Source: Desulfurivibrionaceae bacterium
Lineage (GTDB): Bacteria > Desulfobacterota > Desulfobulbia > Desulfobulbales > UBA5123
Direction: 5' to 3'
Length of the DNA: 64,000 nt
Assembly: GCA_030145325.1 (NCBI GenBank)
Contig: JAQYVW010000004.1
Location: forward strand, 24,060 to 88,059
Of the stretch, positions 56,051-64,000 are shown one piece after another. A program made the position numbers and the translations under genes. Every line of letters begins with the position of its first letter. Position 1 is the first letter of the stretch. Under the pieces are notes generated by a model. That model was not told the DNA's origin. It saw only the letters and a program-made list of their open reading frames with translations, and ran no database searches.

Positions 56051-56102
56051 CGACAATCATCCGTCGCCGTTGGGCGTAGCCGGAGGCGACGGGTGATTGT
56101 CG
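56051..56102. repeat. long near-perfect hairpin (18-bp stem, 16-nt loop) upstream of pntAA
   Basis: CGACAATCATCCGTCGCC (56051-56068) versus GGCGACGGGTGATTGTCG (56085-56102). 17/18 are Watson-Crick complementary and the remaining position is a G-U pair. Confidence 0.6.
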
Positions 56103-56286
56103 TTGGTTTGTTAGGTCTCGGGAAGGGCATATAGATGTATGGGGATGAGGTTTTTTGAGTCTTTTTCTTGACACTTTGCGCGGGTTGGGGATAGGCTGAA
56201 CGGCGATTCACTGTGAAGCAGTTTCTGCTGTTTGAGGATATCGTGAAGGTTAACACGTCAGCAATGATTTGAGAGGGCGCCGTATT

Positions 56287-57429
56287 ATGAAGATAGCAGT
56301 GCTCAAAGAAACCTTGGCGGGCGAGGCGCGGGTTGCGCTTATTCCCGATTCTGTTAAACGACTGGTTAAGAAAGGGTTTGTGGTGGCAGTGCAGGCCGGA
56401 GCTGGAGAACGATCCGGCTTTAGTGACCAGGAATATGAAAAGGTAGGGGCTGAGATTGTCCCGAGCCCGGAATCCCTTAGCGGGGGTGCCGATGTTGTAA
56501 TCAAAGTGCAGCCGCCATCCTTGGTAGAAGTCGGTATGTGTCGGGAGGGGGCGGCGATGATCAGTATTCTTCAGCCTTACCTTCGTCACGACACGGTGCG
56601 TCAGCTAGCCCAGCGTCGTCTCTCCGCTTTTGCCCTTGATACCATTCCCCGAACTACCTTGGCCCAGAGCATGGATGTGTTGAGTTCCATGAGTACCATC
56701 GCCGGTTACAAGGCGGTGGTGATAGCGGCTGATACCCTGAATAAATTCTTCCCGATGTTGATGACTGCGGCTGGGACGGTGCGTCCAGCCAAGGTGTTGG
56801 TGCTGGGGGCAGGGGTTGCTGGACTGATGGCTTGTGCCACTGCCAAGCGGTTGGGGGCGGTGGTGGAGGCCTTTGATGTTCGGCCGGTGGTCAAGGAGCA
56901 GGTGCAGAGTGTTGGCGCCAAGTTCATTGAAGTGCCGGTGGAGGAGTCGGGTGAGGCTGACGGTGGTTACGCCAAAGAGATGAGTGATGATTACAAGCGT
57001 AAGCAGGGCGAGTTGATCGCTAAGCATATCGCTAAATCAGATGTGGTGATCCCCACCGCTCTGATTCCCGGCAAAAAAGCGCCTATTCTGATTAACGAAG
57101 AAATGGTGCAATCCATGGGGGCGGGGTCGGTGATTGTGGATCTTGCTGCTGAGATGGGTGGCAACTGCGCGCTCACCGAGCCGGGTGAAACGGTGGTCAA
57201 GCATGGGGTCATCATTGTCGGCCCGGATAATCTTCCCAGTACGGTTCCATTTCACGCCAGTCAGATGTTTGCCAAGAATATAGAAAAATTCCTTTTTCAT
57301 CTCGCCGGTGATGACGGGTTGAAGATGGATCTGGATGATGAAATCACCAAAGGGTCGCTAATTACTTACGACGGCAAGGTGGTACAGGAAATGACCCTGA
57401 AGATAATGAATGAAGCAGGAGGTGACTGA
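56287..57429 (+). CDS. pntAA: NAD(P) transhydrogenase subunit alpha part 1
   Basis: ORF trimmed to the ATG at 56287 (MKIAVLKETLAGEARVAL). Rossmann VLVLGAGVAGL. Alanine-dehydrogenase/PNT fold. Confidence 0.9.
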   Translation: MKIAVLKETLAGEARVALIPDSVKRLVKKGFVVAVQAGAGERSGFSDQEYEKVGAEIVPSPESLSGGADVVIKVQPPSLVEVGMCREGAAMISILQPYLRHDTVRQLAQRRLSAFALDTIPRTTLAQSMDVLSSMSTIAGYKAVVIAADTLNKFFPMLMTAAGTVRPAKVLVLGAGVAGLMACATAKRLGAVVEAFDVRPVVKEQVQSVGAKFIEVPVEESGEADGGYAKEMSDDYKRKQGELIAKHIAKSDVVIPTALIPGKKAPILINEEMVQSMGAGSVIVDLAAEMGGNCALTEPGETVVKHGVIIVGPDNLPSTVPFHASQMFAKNIEKFLFHLAGDDGLKMDLDDEITKGSLITYDGKVVQEMTLKIMNEAGGD

Positions 57430-57719
57430 TGGACGGTTCTATCGTAATCGGGCTTTATATCTTCGTGTTGGCGTTGTTCGCAGGCGCGGTCTTGATCTCC
57501 AATGTGCCGCCCACTCTTCATACTCCTTTGATGTCCGCTTCCAATGCTATTTCCGGGATTGCCATCTTGGGAGCGTTGGTGGTGGCTGGGGAATCGTTAA
57601 CCGTTGAGGCTCATTCGGTGGTCGGCCTGTTGGCGGTGGTTTTCGCCACCATCAATGTGGTGGGTGGGTATATGGTAACGGATCGTATGTTGCAGATGTT
57701 TAAAAAGAAGAAGCACTAA
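57429..57719 (+). CDS. pntAB: NAD(P) transhydrogenase subunit alpha part 2 (membrane)
   Basis: 96 aa, about three TM segments. LHTPLMSASNAISGI motif. 1-nt overlap with pntAA. Confidence 0.85.
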   Translation: MDGSIVIGLYIFVLALFAGAVLISNVPPTLHTPLMSASNAISGIAILGALVVAGESLTVEAHSVVGLLAVVFATINVVGGYMVTDRMLQMFKKKKH

Positions 57720-57797
57720 GGGTTGTTTATGTTTCCGCCGGGTGCTTTTTTTCTGTAGCCGTTTGTGGAAATCGGTTCGACTTTCAATGGGGGCATC

Positions 57798-59180
57798 ATG
57801 ACTGAGTTGATAAATTTCGTCTATCTTCTTTCCGCCGTTCTTTTCATGCTGGGGCTGATGAAGTTGAGTTCCCCGGCCACTGCTCGGTTGGGCAATAAGC
57901 TGTCCATGGCCGGGATGGCCTTGGCCATTACCGCAACCTTGCTGAATCCGGAAATCTCCAGTTTTAAAATGATTATTATCGGTATTGCCGTGGGCACGGT
58001 GATTGGCGCGGTGGCGGCCATTCGCGTGAAAATGACCTCGATGCCGGAAATGGTAGCTCTCTTTAATGGTTGCGGTGGCGCGGCCTCGGCGCTGGTTGCC
58101 TTGGCTGAGTTTCAGTCGGCGGGGTCCAGTTTTTCTTCTTTCAATATGGTCACCCTGATTCTTTCGGTGATTGTTGGTTCGCTGACCTTTACCGGAAGTG
58201 TGATCGCCTTTGGCAAGCTGCAGGGGCTGGTGCCGTCAAGACCTGTCTGTTACCCCGGTCAGCAGGTGGTGAATGCGCTTATTCTGCTGGCGGTGGCTGT
58301 TTTGGGGGTCGTAGTCTATCAGGATCCCGCCAATCTTTTGTTCTTCTATGGCATTATTGGTATCTCGTTGTTGCTGGGGGTGCTGGCGGTGATTCCCATC
58401 GGCGGTGCCGATATGCCGGTGATCATCTCGTTGCTGAATTCCTATTCCGGGGTTGCGGTGGCGATGACCGGTTTTGCTCTGGCCAATAATGCCTTGATCG
58501 TGGTTGGTTCTCTGGTGGGTGCTTCCGGTCTTTTCCTTACCAAGATTATGTGCGACGCCATGAACCGATCGTTGGCTAATGTGCTGTTCGGGGCTTTTGG
58601 TTCCGGGGATAGTGCTGGCGGGGGAGAAGAGGTGGCGGGTGGCTCTGGTGGGTCTGTTAAGGGCTATGAGCTTGAGGATGTGGCCACGGTGCTTGAGAAT
58701 GCTGGTTCGTTGATTGTGGTGCCTGGTTATGGAATGGCGGCGGCGCAGGCGCAGCATGTGGTGCGCGAGTTGTGTGATTATCTTGAGGAGCAGGGGGTGG
58801 AGGTGCGTTATGCCATTCATCCTGTGGCAGGCAGGATGCCCGGCCATATGAACGTGCTGTTGGCCGAGGCGGATGTCTCCTATGACCTGTTGTTTGCCAT
58901 GGAGGACATTAACGACGACTTCAGCGATACTGATGCGGTTCTGGTGATCGGCGCCAATGACGTGGTTAATCCGGCTGCTAAGACCAACTCCAGTAGTCCC
59001 ATCTTTGGGATGCCGATTCTGAACGTTGATGAAGCTCGCACGGTAATAGTTTTGAAGCGCAGTATGAATCCTGGTTTTGCTGGCATTGAGAATGAGTTGT
59101 TCTTGAAAGACAACACCATGATGTTGTTTGGGGATGCCAAAAAGTCGGTGCGTGACCTTCTTTCCGCCCTCAAAGAGTAA
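57798..59180 (+). CDS. pntB: NAD(P) transhydrogenase subunit beta
   Basis: ORF trimmed to the ATG at 57798. Membrane domain plus the C-terminal NADP(H) domain (VPGYGMAAAQAQH, HPVAGRMPGHMNVLLAEA, GANDVVNPAA). Confidence 0.9.
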   Translation: MTELINFVYLLSAVLFMLGLMKLSSPATARLGNKLSMAGMALAITATLLNPEISSFKMIIIGIAVGTVIGAVAAIRVKMTSMPEMVALFNGCGGAASALVALAEFQSAGSSFSSFNMVTLILSVIVGSLTFTGSVIAFGKLQGLVPSRPVCYPGQQVVNALILLAVAVLGVVVYQDPANLLFFYGIIGISLLLGVLAVIPIGGADMPVIISLLNSYSGVAVAMTGFALANNALIVVGSLVGASGLFLTKIMCDAMNRSLANVLFGAFGSGDSAGGGEEVAGGSGGSVKGYELEDVATVLENAGSLIVVPGYGMAAAQAQHVVRELCDYLEEQGVEVRYAIHPVAGRMPGHMNVLLAEADVSYDLLFAMEDINDDFSDTDAVLVIGANDVVNPAAKTNSSSPIFGMPILNVDEARTVIVLKRSMNPGFAGIENELFLKDNTMMLFGDAKKSVRDLLSALKE

Positions 59181-59370
59181 GTGGTAATTTGTCCATTTTT
59201 TTTGTTGTTAGTTGCTGTTGGCGTGTGAAATTCTTTTTAAAACAGACGGTTACCTTTGTGTGTTTTTATGAATAGCCATTCAGTATTTGCTTGACAGTCT
59301 CGTGCGAACCGGATAAGTAAGTAGAGCATCAAGAAACATCCCCGATGCTTAATGTAAAGGAGCTGCTTTC

Positions 59371-59763
59371 GTGGAACAGCAATCTCTCTCCGATTTACTC
59401 TATGTCGCCGCCTTTTTTCTAGGTGGCCTGGCCTTTGCCGTCGGCCCCTTCATTATTTCGCACCTTCTTGCGCCCCGCTCCCTTCAGGCCAAAACGAGAC
59501 AAGTTTATGAATGCGGCATGCCGCCCATTGGCGATGCCTGGGTTCGTTTCGGTATCTCGTATTATCTTTATGCTTTGATGTTTCTCGCTTTTGATGTGGA
59601 TGTTTTGTTTTTGTTCCCGGTGGCAGTTGCTTATAACCAGGCCTTTGCGATTAGGGATTTTGTCGAGCTCATTATCTTTGTCGGCATTCTATCGCTGGCC
59701 ATTATCTATGCTTGGAAAAAGGGAGTCTTCACGTGGGAACGGAAAGTATACAATCCCCGATAG
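59371..59763 (+). CDS. nuoA: NADH-quinone oxidoreductase subunit A
   Basis: 130 aa, GTG start after AAAGGAG. YECGM and [16 protein letters not shown] motifs. Confidence 0.9.
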   Translation: MEQQSLSDLLYVAAFFLGGLAFAVGPFIISHLLAPRSLQAKTRQVYECGMPPIGDAWVRFGISYYLYALMFLAFDVDVLFLFPVAVAYNQAFAIRDFVELIIFVGILSLAIIYAWKKGVFTWERKVYNPR

Positions 59764-60230
59764 TTCAGTTTGTCGCTCTGGACAAACTGATTGCCATGGG
59801 GCGCGCCAACTCGCTCTGGCCGTTGACCTTCGGCCTGGCCTGTTGCGCCATTGAGATGATGGCCACCGGCTGTGCTCGTTTTGACCTTGACCGGTTTGGT
59901 GCCGGTGTCTTTCGTCCCGCCCCCAAACAGTCTGATGTCATGATCGTCGCGGGCACCATCAGCAAGAAAATGGCCCCGGCCATCCAGACCCTTTATGAGC
60001 AGATGCCGCACCCCAAGTGGGTTATCGCCCTCGGCAACTGTGCTATTTCCGGTGGGCCGTTTGTTTTTGAGGGTCAGTATGGGATTGTTGAGGGGGCTGA
60101 TAAGTTTTTGCCGGTGGATGTGTTTATCCCCGGTTGCCCACCCCGCCCTGAGGCTTTGATTGAGGGCATCCTTGAGCTTGAAGAAAAAATAACGGGTTCC
60201 CGCCGATGGCCCCGGGTGGAGGCTGGTTGA
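59733..60230 (+). CDS. nuoB: NADH-quinone oxidoreductase subunit B
   Basis: [17 protein letters not shown] and GCPPRPE cluster-N2 motifs. Start uncertain: GTG 59733 follows a GGGAG Shine-Dalgarno, while the ORF track begins at TTG 59712. Confidence 0.85.
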   Translation: MGTESIQSPIVQFVALDKLIAMGRANSLWPLTFGLACCAIEMMATGCARFDLDRFGAGVFRPAPKQSDVMIVAGTISKKMAPAIQTLYEQMPHPKWVIALGNCAISGGPFVFEGQYGIVEGADKFLPVDVFIPGCPPRPEALIEGILELEEKITGSRRWPRVEAG

Positions 60231-60232
60231 TT

Positions 60233-60826
60233 ATGCTGCGCGATCGAATCAAGACAGCGTTGGCGGCTCTTTCGCCGTTGGAAATTACCGAAACCGACCA
60301 TGCCAAGAAAGGGTATGACCTTGATGTTCAGGTTTCTCCTGACCAAGTGCCAGCAGCCGCGGAGGCTATCCGCCAAGAGGAATTTTTTATTGAAGCGGTG
60401 ACTGGTGTTGACTGGTTTGGGGAGCAGGCGGCCATAGTTGCAGAGGCTGCCAAGGTTAAGGCCGCTGCGGCGAAAAAAGCTGCGGCTGCAGCGGCAGCGG
60501 CTGCTGAGGCAGGTGGAGAGGCAGTGCCTCCTGCTCCGGCACCTGAAGCCCCGGCAGAAGAGGCCGAGCTGTTGCCCGATGTCATGGAAGTTGTCTACGA
60601 TTTCAGTCATTATCAGGAAAATTGCCGAGTGGTGGTTCGTACTCGGGTTCCCCGTGACAATCCCGAGTTGCCAACCATATCGTCGATTTTTCAAGGGGCT
60701 AACTGGCATGAGCGTGAGACCCACGACTTCTTTGGGATTCGGTTTCTGGGCCATCCTGATTTGACGCCTTTGCTTCTGCCTGAAGACGCTGATTTCCATC
60801 CCTTGCTGAAGGATTTTAAAGCATGA
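60233..60826 (+). CDS. nuoC: NADH-quinone oxidoreductase subunit C (with an Ala/Pro-rich insertion)
   Basis: ATG at 60233, 3 nt after the nuoB stop. C-terminal NWHERETHDFFGIRFLGHPD is typical of NuoC. Low-complexity AAKVKAAAAKKAAAAAAAAAEAGGEAVPPAPAPEAPAEEA inserted. Confidence 0.85.
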   Translation: MLRDRIKTALAALSPLEITETDHAKKGYDLDVQVSPDQVPAAAEAIRQEEFFIEAVTGVDWFGEQAAIVAEAAKVKAAAAKKAAAAAAAAAEAGGEAVPPAPAPEAPAEEAELLPDVMEVVYDFSHYQENCRVVVRTRVPRDNPELPTISSIFQGANWHERETHDFFGIRFLGHPDLTPLLLPEDADFHPLLKDFKA

Positions 60827-61941
60827 GTGAAATGGCCTGCGATAAGCACAAAGAGACCTTTGTCCTCAATATGGGGCCGCAGCATCCTGCGACCCATGGG
60901 GTTTTGCGAGTAAAGTTGGTTATGGACGGTGAGTATATCGTCGAAGCCGAGCCAGTCCTTGGTTATATCCATCGGATGCACGAAAAGATGGGCGAGAATC
61001 GGACTTGGGCGCAGTTTATGCCTAATATGGGCCGTCTCGATTACCTTGGCGCACTTTCTTATAATCATGGTTATGCAGCAGCAGTGGAACGGGCGGCCGG
61101 GATTGCGGTGCCGGAACGGGCTGAGTATATCCGGGTAATGACCGTTGAGTTGAACCGGATTTCCAGCCATCTGCTCTGGATGGGCGCTTACCTCCTTGAT
61201 CTCGGTGGTTTTACCCCGTTGCTCTATGCTTTTGATGATCGCGAGAAAATTCTTGATATGTTGGAGAGGGTCACTGGTTCACGGTTGACTTATTGTTATT
61301 TTCGCTTCGGTGGTTTGTACAACGATGTTGATGACCAGTTCCTGGCTGAGGCCAAGGGCTTTGTCGCCAGACTCCGTTCTCGCCTGCCCATGTATCACAC
61401 CTTGGTCACCAAGAATGTCATCTTGATGCAGCGGTTGAAGGGTATTGGTGTCATTGACGCTGACATGTGTCGACGATACGGGGTGACCGGGCCGGTGGCG
61501 CGAGGTTCAGGACTTAATTATGACGTCCGTAAGAACGAGCCTTATTCTGTATACCCTCAGTTTGATTTTGATGTTCCTGTCTACACCGAGGGCGATTCCA
61601 TGGCCCGTTACATGGTGCGGATGGATGAGATTGAGCAGTCGTTACGGATAGTTGAGCAAGCTATTGATGGGCTTCCTGATGGGCCGGTAATGGCGGAAAA
61701 GGTTCCCAAGATAGTTAAGCCGCCCAAGGGTGATTATTATCATGCGGTTGAGGCTGCTCGCGGCAGCTTCGGTGTGCGCTTGGTCAGTAACGGAACCAAT
61801 ACCCCGTATCGAATGAAGCTGCGCTCGCCTACCTATTCCAATCTGAGCTTGTTGGCTGAGGTTGCTAAAGGTGTAACGGTGGCTGATGCAGTTGCCTTCA
61901 TGGGCAGTCTGGATCTGGTTATCCCCGAGATCGACCGGTAA
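60823..61941 (+). CDS. nuoD: NADH-quinone oxidoreductase subunit D
   Basis: 372 aa. NMGPQHPATHGVLR, RMHEKM and SLDLVIPEIDR motifs. The ATGA overlaps nuoC. Confidence 0.95.
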   Translation: MSEMACDKHKETFVLNMGPQHPATHGVLRVKLVMDGEYIVEAEPVLGYIHRMHEKMGENRTWAQFMPNMGRLDYLGALSYNHGYAAAVERAAGIAVPERAEYIRVMTVELNRISSHLLWMGAYLLDLGGFTPLLYAFDDREKILDMLERVTGSRLTYCYFRFGGLYNDVDDQFLAEAKGFVARLRSRLPMYHTLVTKNVILMQRLKGIGVIDADMCRRYGVTGPVARGSGLNYDVRKNEPYSVYPQFDFDVPVYTEGDSMARYMVRMDEIEQSLRIVEQAIDGLPDGPVMAEKVPKIVKPPKGDYYHAVEAARGSFGVRLVSNGTNTPYRMKLRSPTYSNLSLLAEVAKGVTVADAVAFMGSLDLVIPEIDR

Positions 61942-61951
61942 GGAGTTATAT

Positions 61952-62950
61952 ATGAATCCAGAAATTATCAGGGTAGTTGGCTATGTGGTGGCGGTAATTG
62001 CCTTTGTTGCCCTGAATGCAGCCATGTTGGTGTGGATGGAGCGGAAGGTGGCTGGCCATATCCAACGGCGGATCGGTCCCAAAGAGGTTGGTCCTTTCGG
62101 TATTCTGCAATCTTTTGCGGACGGCATCAAGCTGATGACCAAGCAGTTGATTGTGCCGGAAGGAGCCGATGTTCTCCTCTTTAAGGTCGCGCCGATGCTA
62201 GTGATGATCCCGGCGATTATGTGTTTTGTCACCATTCCTTTCAGTGAGCAGCTGGCGGCGCGGAATATCAACGTTGGCTTGTTGCTGATCTTTGCCATTG
62301 CCTCGGTAAACGTCTTTGCCTTACTGCTTGGCGGCTGGGCTTCCAATAATAAGTACGCAGTTATATCAGCGGCGCGGGCTGTTTCCCAGAACGTTGCTTA
62401 TGAAATTCCCATGCTGATCACCGCTATTACTGTGGTGATGTTCACCGGCACCATGAATTTGCAAGAAATAGTGCTGGGGCAGGCAGGCGGTTTCTGGAAC
62501 TGGAATATCTTTCCCGTTGGTAAGAATATCGGCATGGTCGTGGTGATGCCGATCTCATTTCTGATCTTTTTTATCTGTTCCATGGCCGAAACTAATCGCG
62601 CTCCCTTTGATCTTGGTGAGGCTGAAAGTGAGTTGGTGGCAGGTTTCCACACTGAGTATGCAGGCATGGGCTTCGGTCTTTTCTTCCTAGGTGAATATGC
62701 CAACGTATTTATTGGTTGCAGTCTGTCGGTGATCCTTTTTCTTGGTGGCTGGCAGGGGCCTTTTGGGCTGTTGCCAGGAGTACACTGGTTTCTGCTTAAG
62801 GTGTACTTCCTGATTTTTGTGGTCATGTGGATGCGCTGGACGTTTCCCCGGACGACTTTTTACGGTCTGCTTAACTTGTCATGGAAGATTTTGATTCCGA
62901 TTTCGTTGTTCAACTTGGTGCTGACCGGCGCCTTTATCAAGGTATTCTGA
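61952..62950 (+). CDS. nuoH: NADH-quinone oxidoreductase subunit H
   Basis: ORF trimmed to the ATG at 61952 after an AGGAG Shine-Dalgarno. ERKVAGHIQRRIGP, GWASNNKY and AETNRAPFDL motifs. Confidence 0.95.
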   Translation: MNPEIIRVVGYVVAVIAFVALNAAMLVWMERKVAGHIQRRIGPKEVGPFGILQSFADGIKLMTKQLIVPEGADVLLFKVAPMLVMIPAIMCFVTIPFSEQLAARNINVGLLLIFAIASVNVFALLLGGWASNNKYAVISAARAVSQNVAYEIPMLITAITVVMFTGTMNLQEIVLGQAGGFWNWNIFPVGKNIGMVVVMPISFLIFFICSMAETNRAPFDLGEAESELVAGFHTEYAGMGFGLFFLGEYANVFIGCSLSVILFLGGWQGPFGLLPGVHWFLLKVYFLIFVVMWMRWTFPRTTFYGLLNLSWKILIPISLFNLVLTGAFIKVF

Positions 62951-62952
62951 TC

Positions 62953-63396
62953 ATGGGCGGCTATTTCAAAGAAATCTTCGACGGTGTGCACAGTCTGGTT
63001 ACAGGCATGGGTGTGACCCTCAAATATTTGTTCCAGCCGGTGGTCACCGAGCAGTATCCATACGTGGCCCCGACCATGCCTGATCGTTTTCGCGGTCATA
63101 TCGAACTGGTTGGTGATGAGGAAACCGGCGCAACGAAGTGCATTGTGTGCGGTATGTGCCAGAAAGCCTGTCCCTCCGGCTGTATTACCGTGGCTGGTGA
63201 GAAAGTTGAAGGGGTGAAGGGCAAGGTGCTGACCAAGTATGATCTTGATTTTACCAAGTGCAGCCTCTGCGGAATCTGTGTGGAAAGCTGTAAACCCGGC
63301 GCAATTACCTTTTCCAAAGAGTATAATTTGGCGGGCTTGCGTAAGGAAGCATACATCTATGATCTTAAAAAACGACTGGAGGAACGGAAACGATGA
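62953..63396 (+). CDS. nuoI: NADH-quinone oxidoreductase subunit I
   Basis: ORF trimmed to the ATG at 62953. Two ferredoxin-type Cys motifs (CIVCGMCQKACP, CSLCGICVESCKP). Confidence 0.9.
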   Translation: MGGYFKEIFDGVHSLVTGMGVTLKYLFQPVVTEQYPYVAPTMPDRFRGHIELVGDEETGATKCIVCGMCQKACPSGCITVAGEKVEGVKGKVLTKYDLDFTKCSLCGICVESCKPGAITFSKEYNLAGLRKEAYIYDLKKRLEERKR

Positions 63397-63923
63397 ATCC
63401 TCCCATTACTAGTGCTGATGGACTTGCCGGAATCGTCTTTCTGGTCATGTTGCTGGTAACCGGCGCCGGCGCAATGATTGCCGTTAATGCGGAACGAACC
63501 ATTCGCGCAGTGGCTGGGTTAGCCTTATGTTTTGTCGGGGTTGCCGGTATTTATTATTTTTTGCAAAGTCCCTTTGTGGCCCTGATGGAGATGTTGATCT
63601 ACGTTGGCGCGGTTTGTGTAGTGCTGGTTTTCGCAGTGATGCTTGCCGAGCCCCATCCCGAACAGCAGGTCAGTAAACGTAACGCTCTGGTGGGTGGTTT
63701 GAGTTTTATTACTGCCGGCATGTTGACCTGGGGGCTGGTGGCACTTGCCAAGGGTGCTACATGGAGTACGGCGGCGGTGCGGATGAACGAAGGAACCATG
63801 CGTGATGTTGGTCTTTCGTTACTTACTACCTATAGTATGGTCTTTGAATTGGTTTCGGTGGTGTTGCTGGTGGCAATCATCGGTTCTCTGGTGTTGGGCC
63901 GGGCCGGAAGGAGTAAGGCATGA
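63393..63923 (+). CDS. nuoJ: NADH-quinone oxidoreductase subunit J
   Basis: 176 aa, hydrophobic. LEMLIYVGAVCVVLVFAVML motif. The ATGA overlaps nuoI. Confidence 0.85.
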   Translation: MNPPITSADGLAGIVFLVMLLVTGAGAMIAVNAERTIRAVAGLALCFVGVAGIYYFLQSPFVALMEMLIYVGAVCVVLVFAVMLAEPHPEQQVSKRNALVGGLSFITAGMLTWGLVALAKGATWSTAAVRMNEGTMRDVGLSLLTTYSMVFELVSVVLLVAIIGSLVLGRAGRSKA

Positions 63924-64000
63924 ATATCCTTGATTTGAGTAATCATCTCCAGACCTATCTGGTCATCGGCGCATTCCTCTTTGGAATCGGTTTTTACGGT
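63919..64000 (+). CDS. nuoK: NADH-quinone oxidoreductase subunit K (3'-truncated by the window edge)
   Basis: The ATG at 63919 overlaps the nuoJ stop. MNILDLSNHLQTYLVIGAFLFGIGFYG resembles a NuoK N-terminus, and the operon position fits. Confidence 0.7.

Overview
This is a 64-kb, densely coding chromosomal window of roughly 50-55% GC (judged by eye). The gene content includes dnaA, desulfoferrodoxin, rubrerythrin, a flavodiiron protein, MvhD/Hdr-like Fe-S proteins, MetF-MetV and a nuo operon lacking nuoEFG. This suggests an anaerobic Desulfobacterota-like (deltaproteobacterial) genome, but that taxonomy is inference only. Gene order: 5'-truncated ORF, bioBF, MFS transporter, nikR-nikKML (Ni/Co uptake), dnaA, hemY-like oxidase, metallophosphoesterase, cobO. 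Next comes an ~8-kb accessory island (13.6-21.5 kb) abutting tRNA-Val. After it: two M48 peptidases with a J-domain protein and a methyltransferase, metF fused to a MetV-like domain, purF, kpsF, an Fe-S/MvhD/MetV trio, serS, and a periplasmic binding protein coupled to a Cache-HAMP-PAS-GGDEF sensor. A ~1-kb AT-rich non-coding gap follows, then an oxygen-defence supercluster (perR, rbr, dfx, ftn, fprA, rrf2, DUF4492, cydAB plus an unlisted 30-aa ORF). The window ends with rodA-mrdA-mreDCB, tRNA-Ala, mpl, pntAA-AB-B and nuoABCDHIJK(partial). The standout is the island, which carries a complete diversity-generating retroelement (DGR): an Avd four-helix-bundle gene, a DGR-type reverse transcriptase, and a 113-nt template repeat (TR) 6 nt after the RT stop. 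Two target genes bracket it: a 978-aa NACHT (NLR-like STAND) NTPase and a 684-aa KAP-family P-loop NTPase. Each ends in a formylglycine-generating-enzyme / C-type-lectin-fold domain whose last 113 nt is a variable repeat (VR). By manual alignment, VR1 differs from TR at 14 positions and VR2 at 11. All 14 VR1 differences and 9 of the VR2 differences fall on TR adenines, and the substituted sets differ between the two VRs. The island has no phage or integrase genes. It is bracketed by GC-rich REP-like repeats and a DUF559 gene flanked by ~240-bp direct repeats. All coordinates follow the supplied ORF track, with start codons adjusted by reading the sequence. No database search or software was run.
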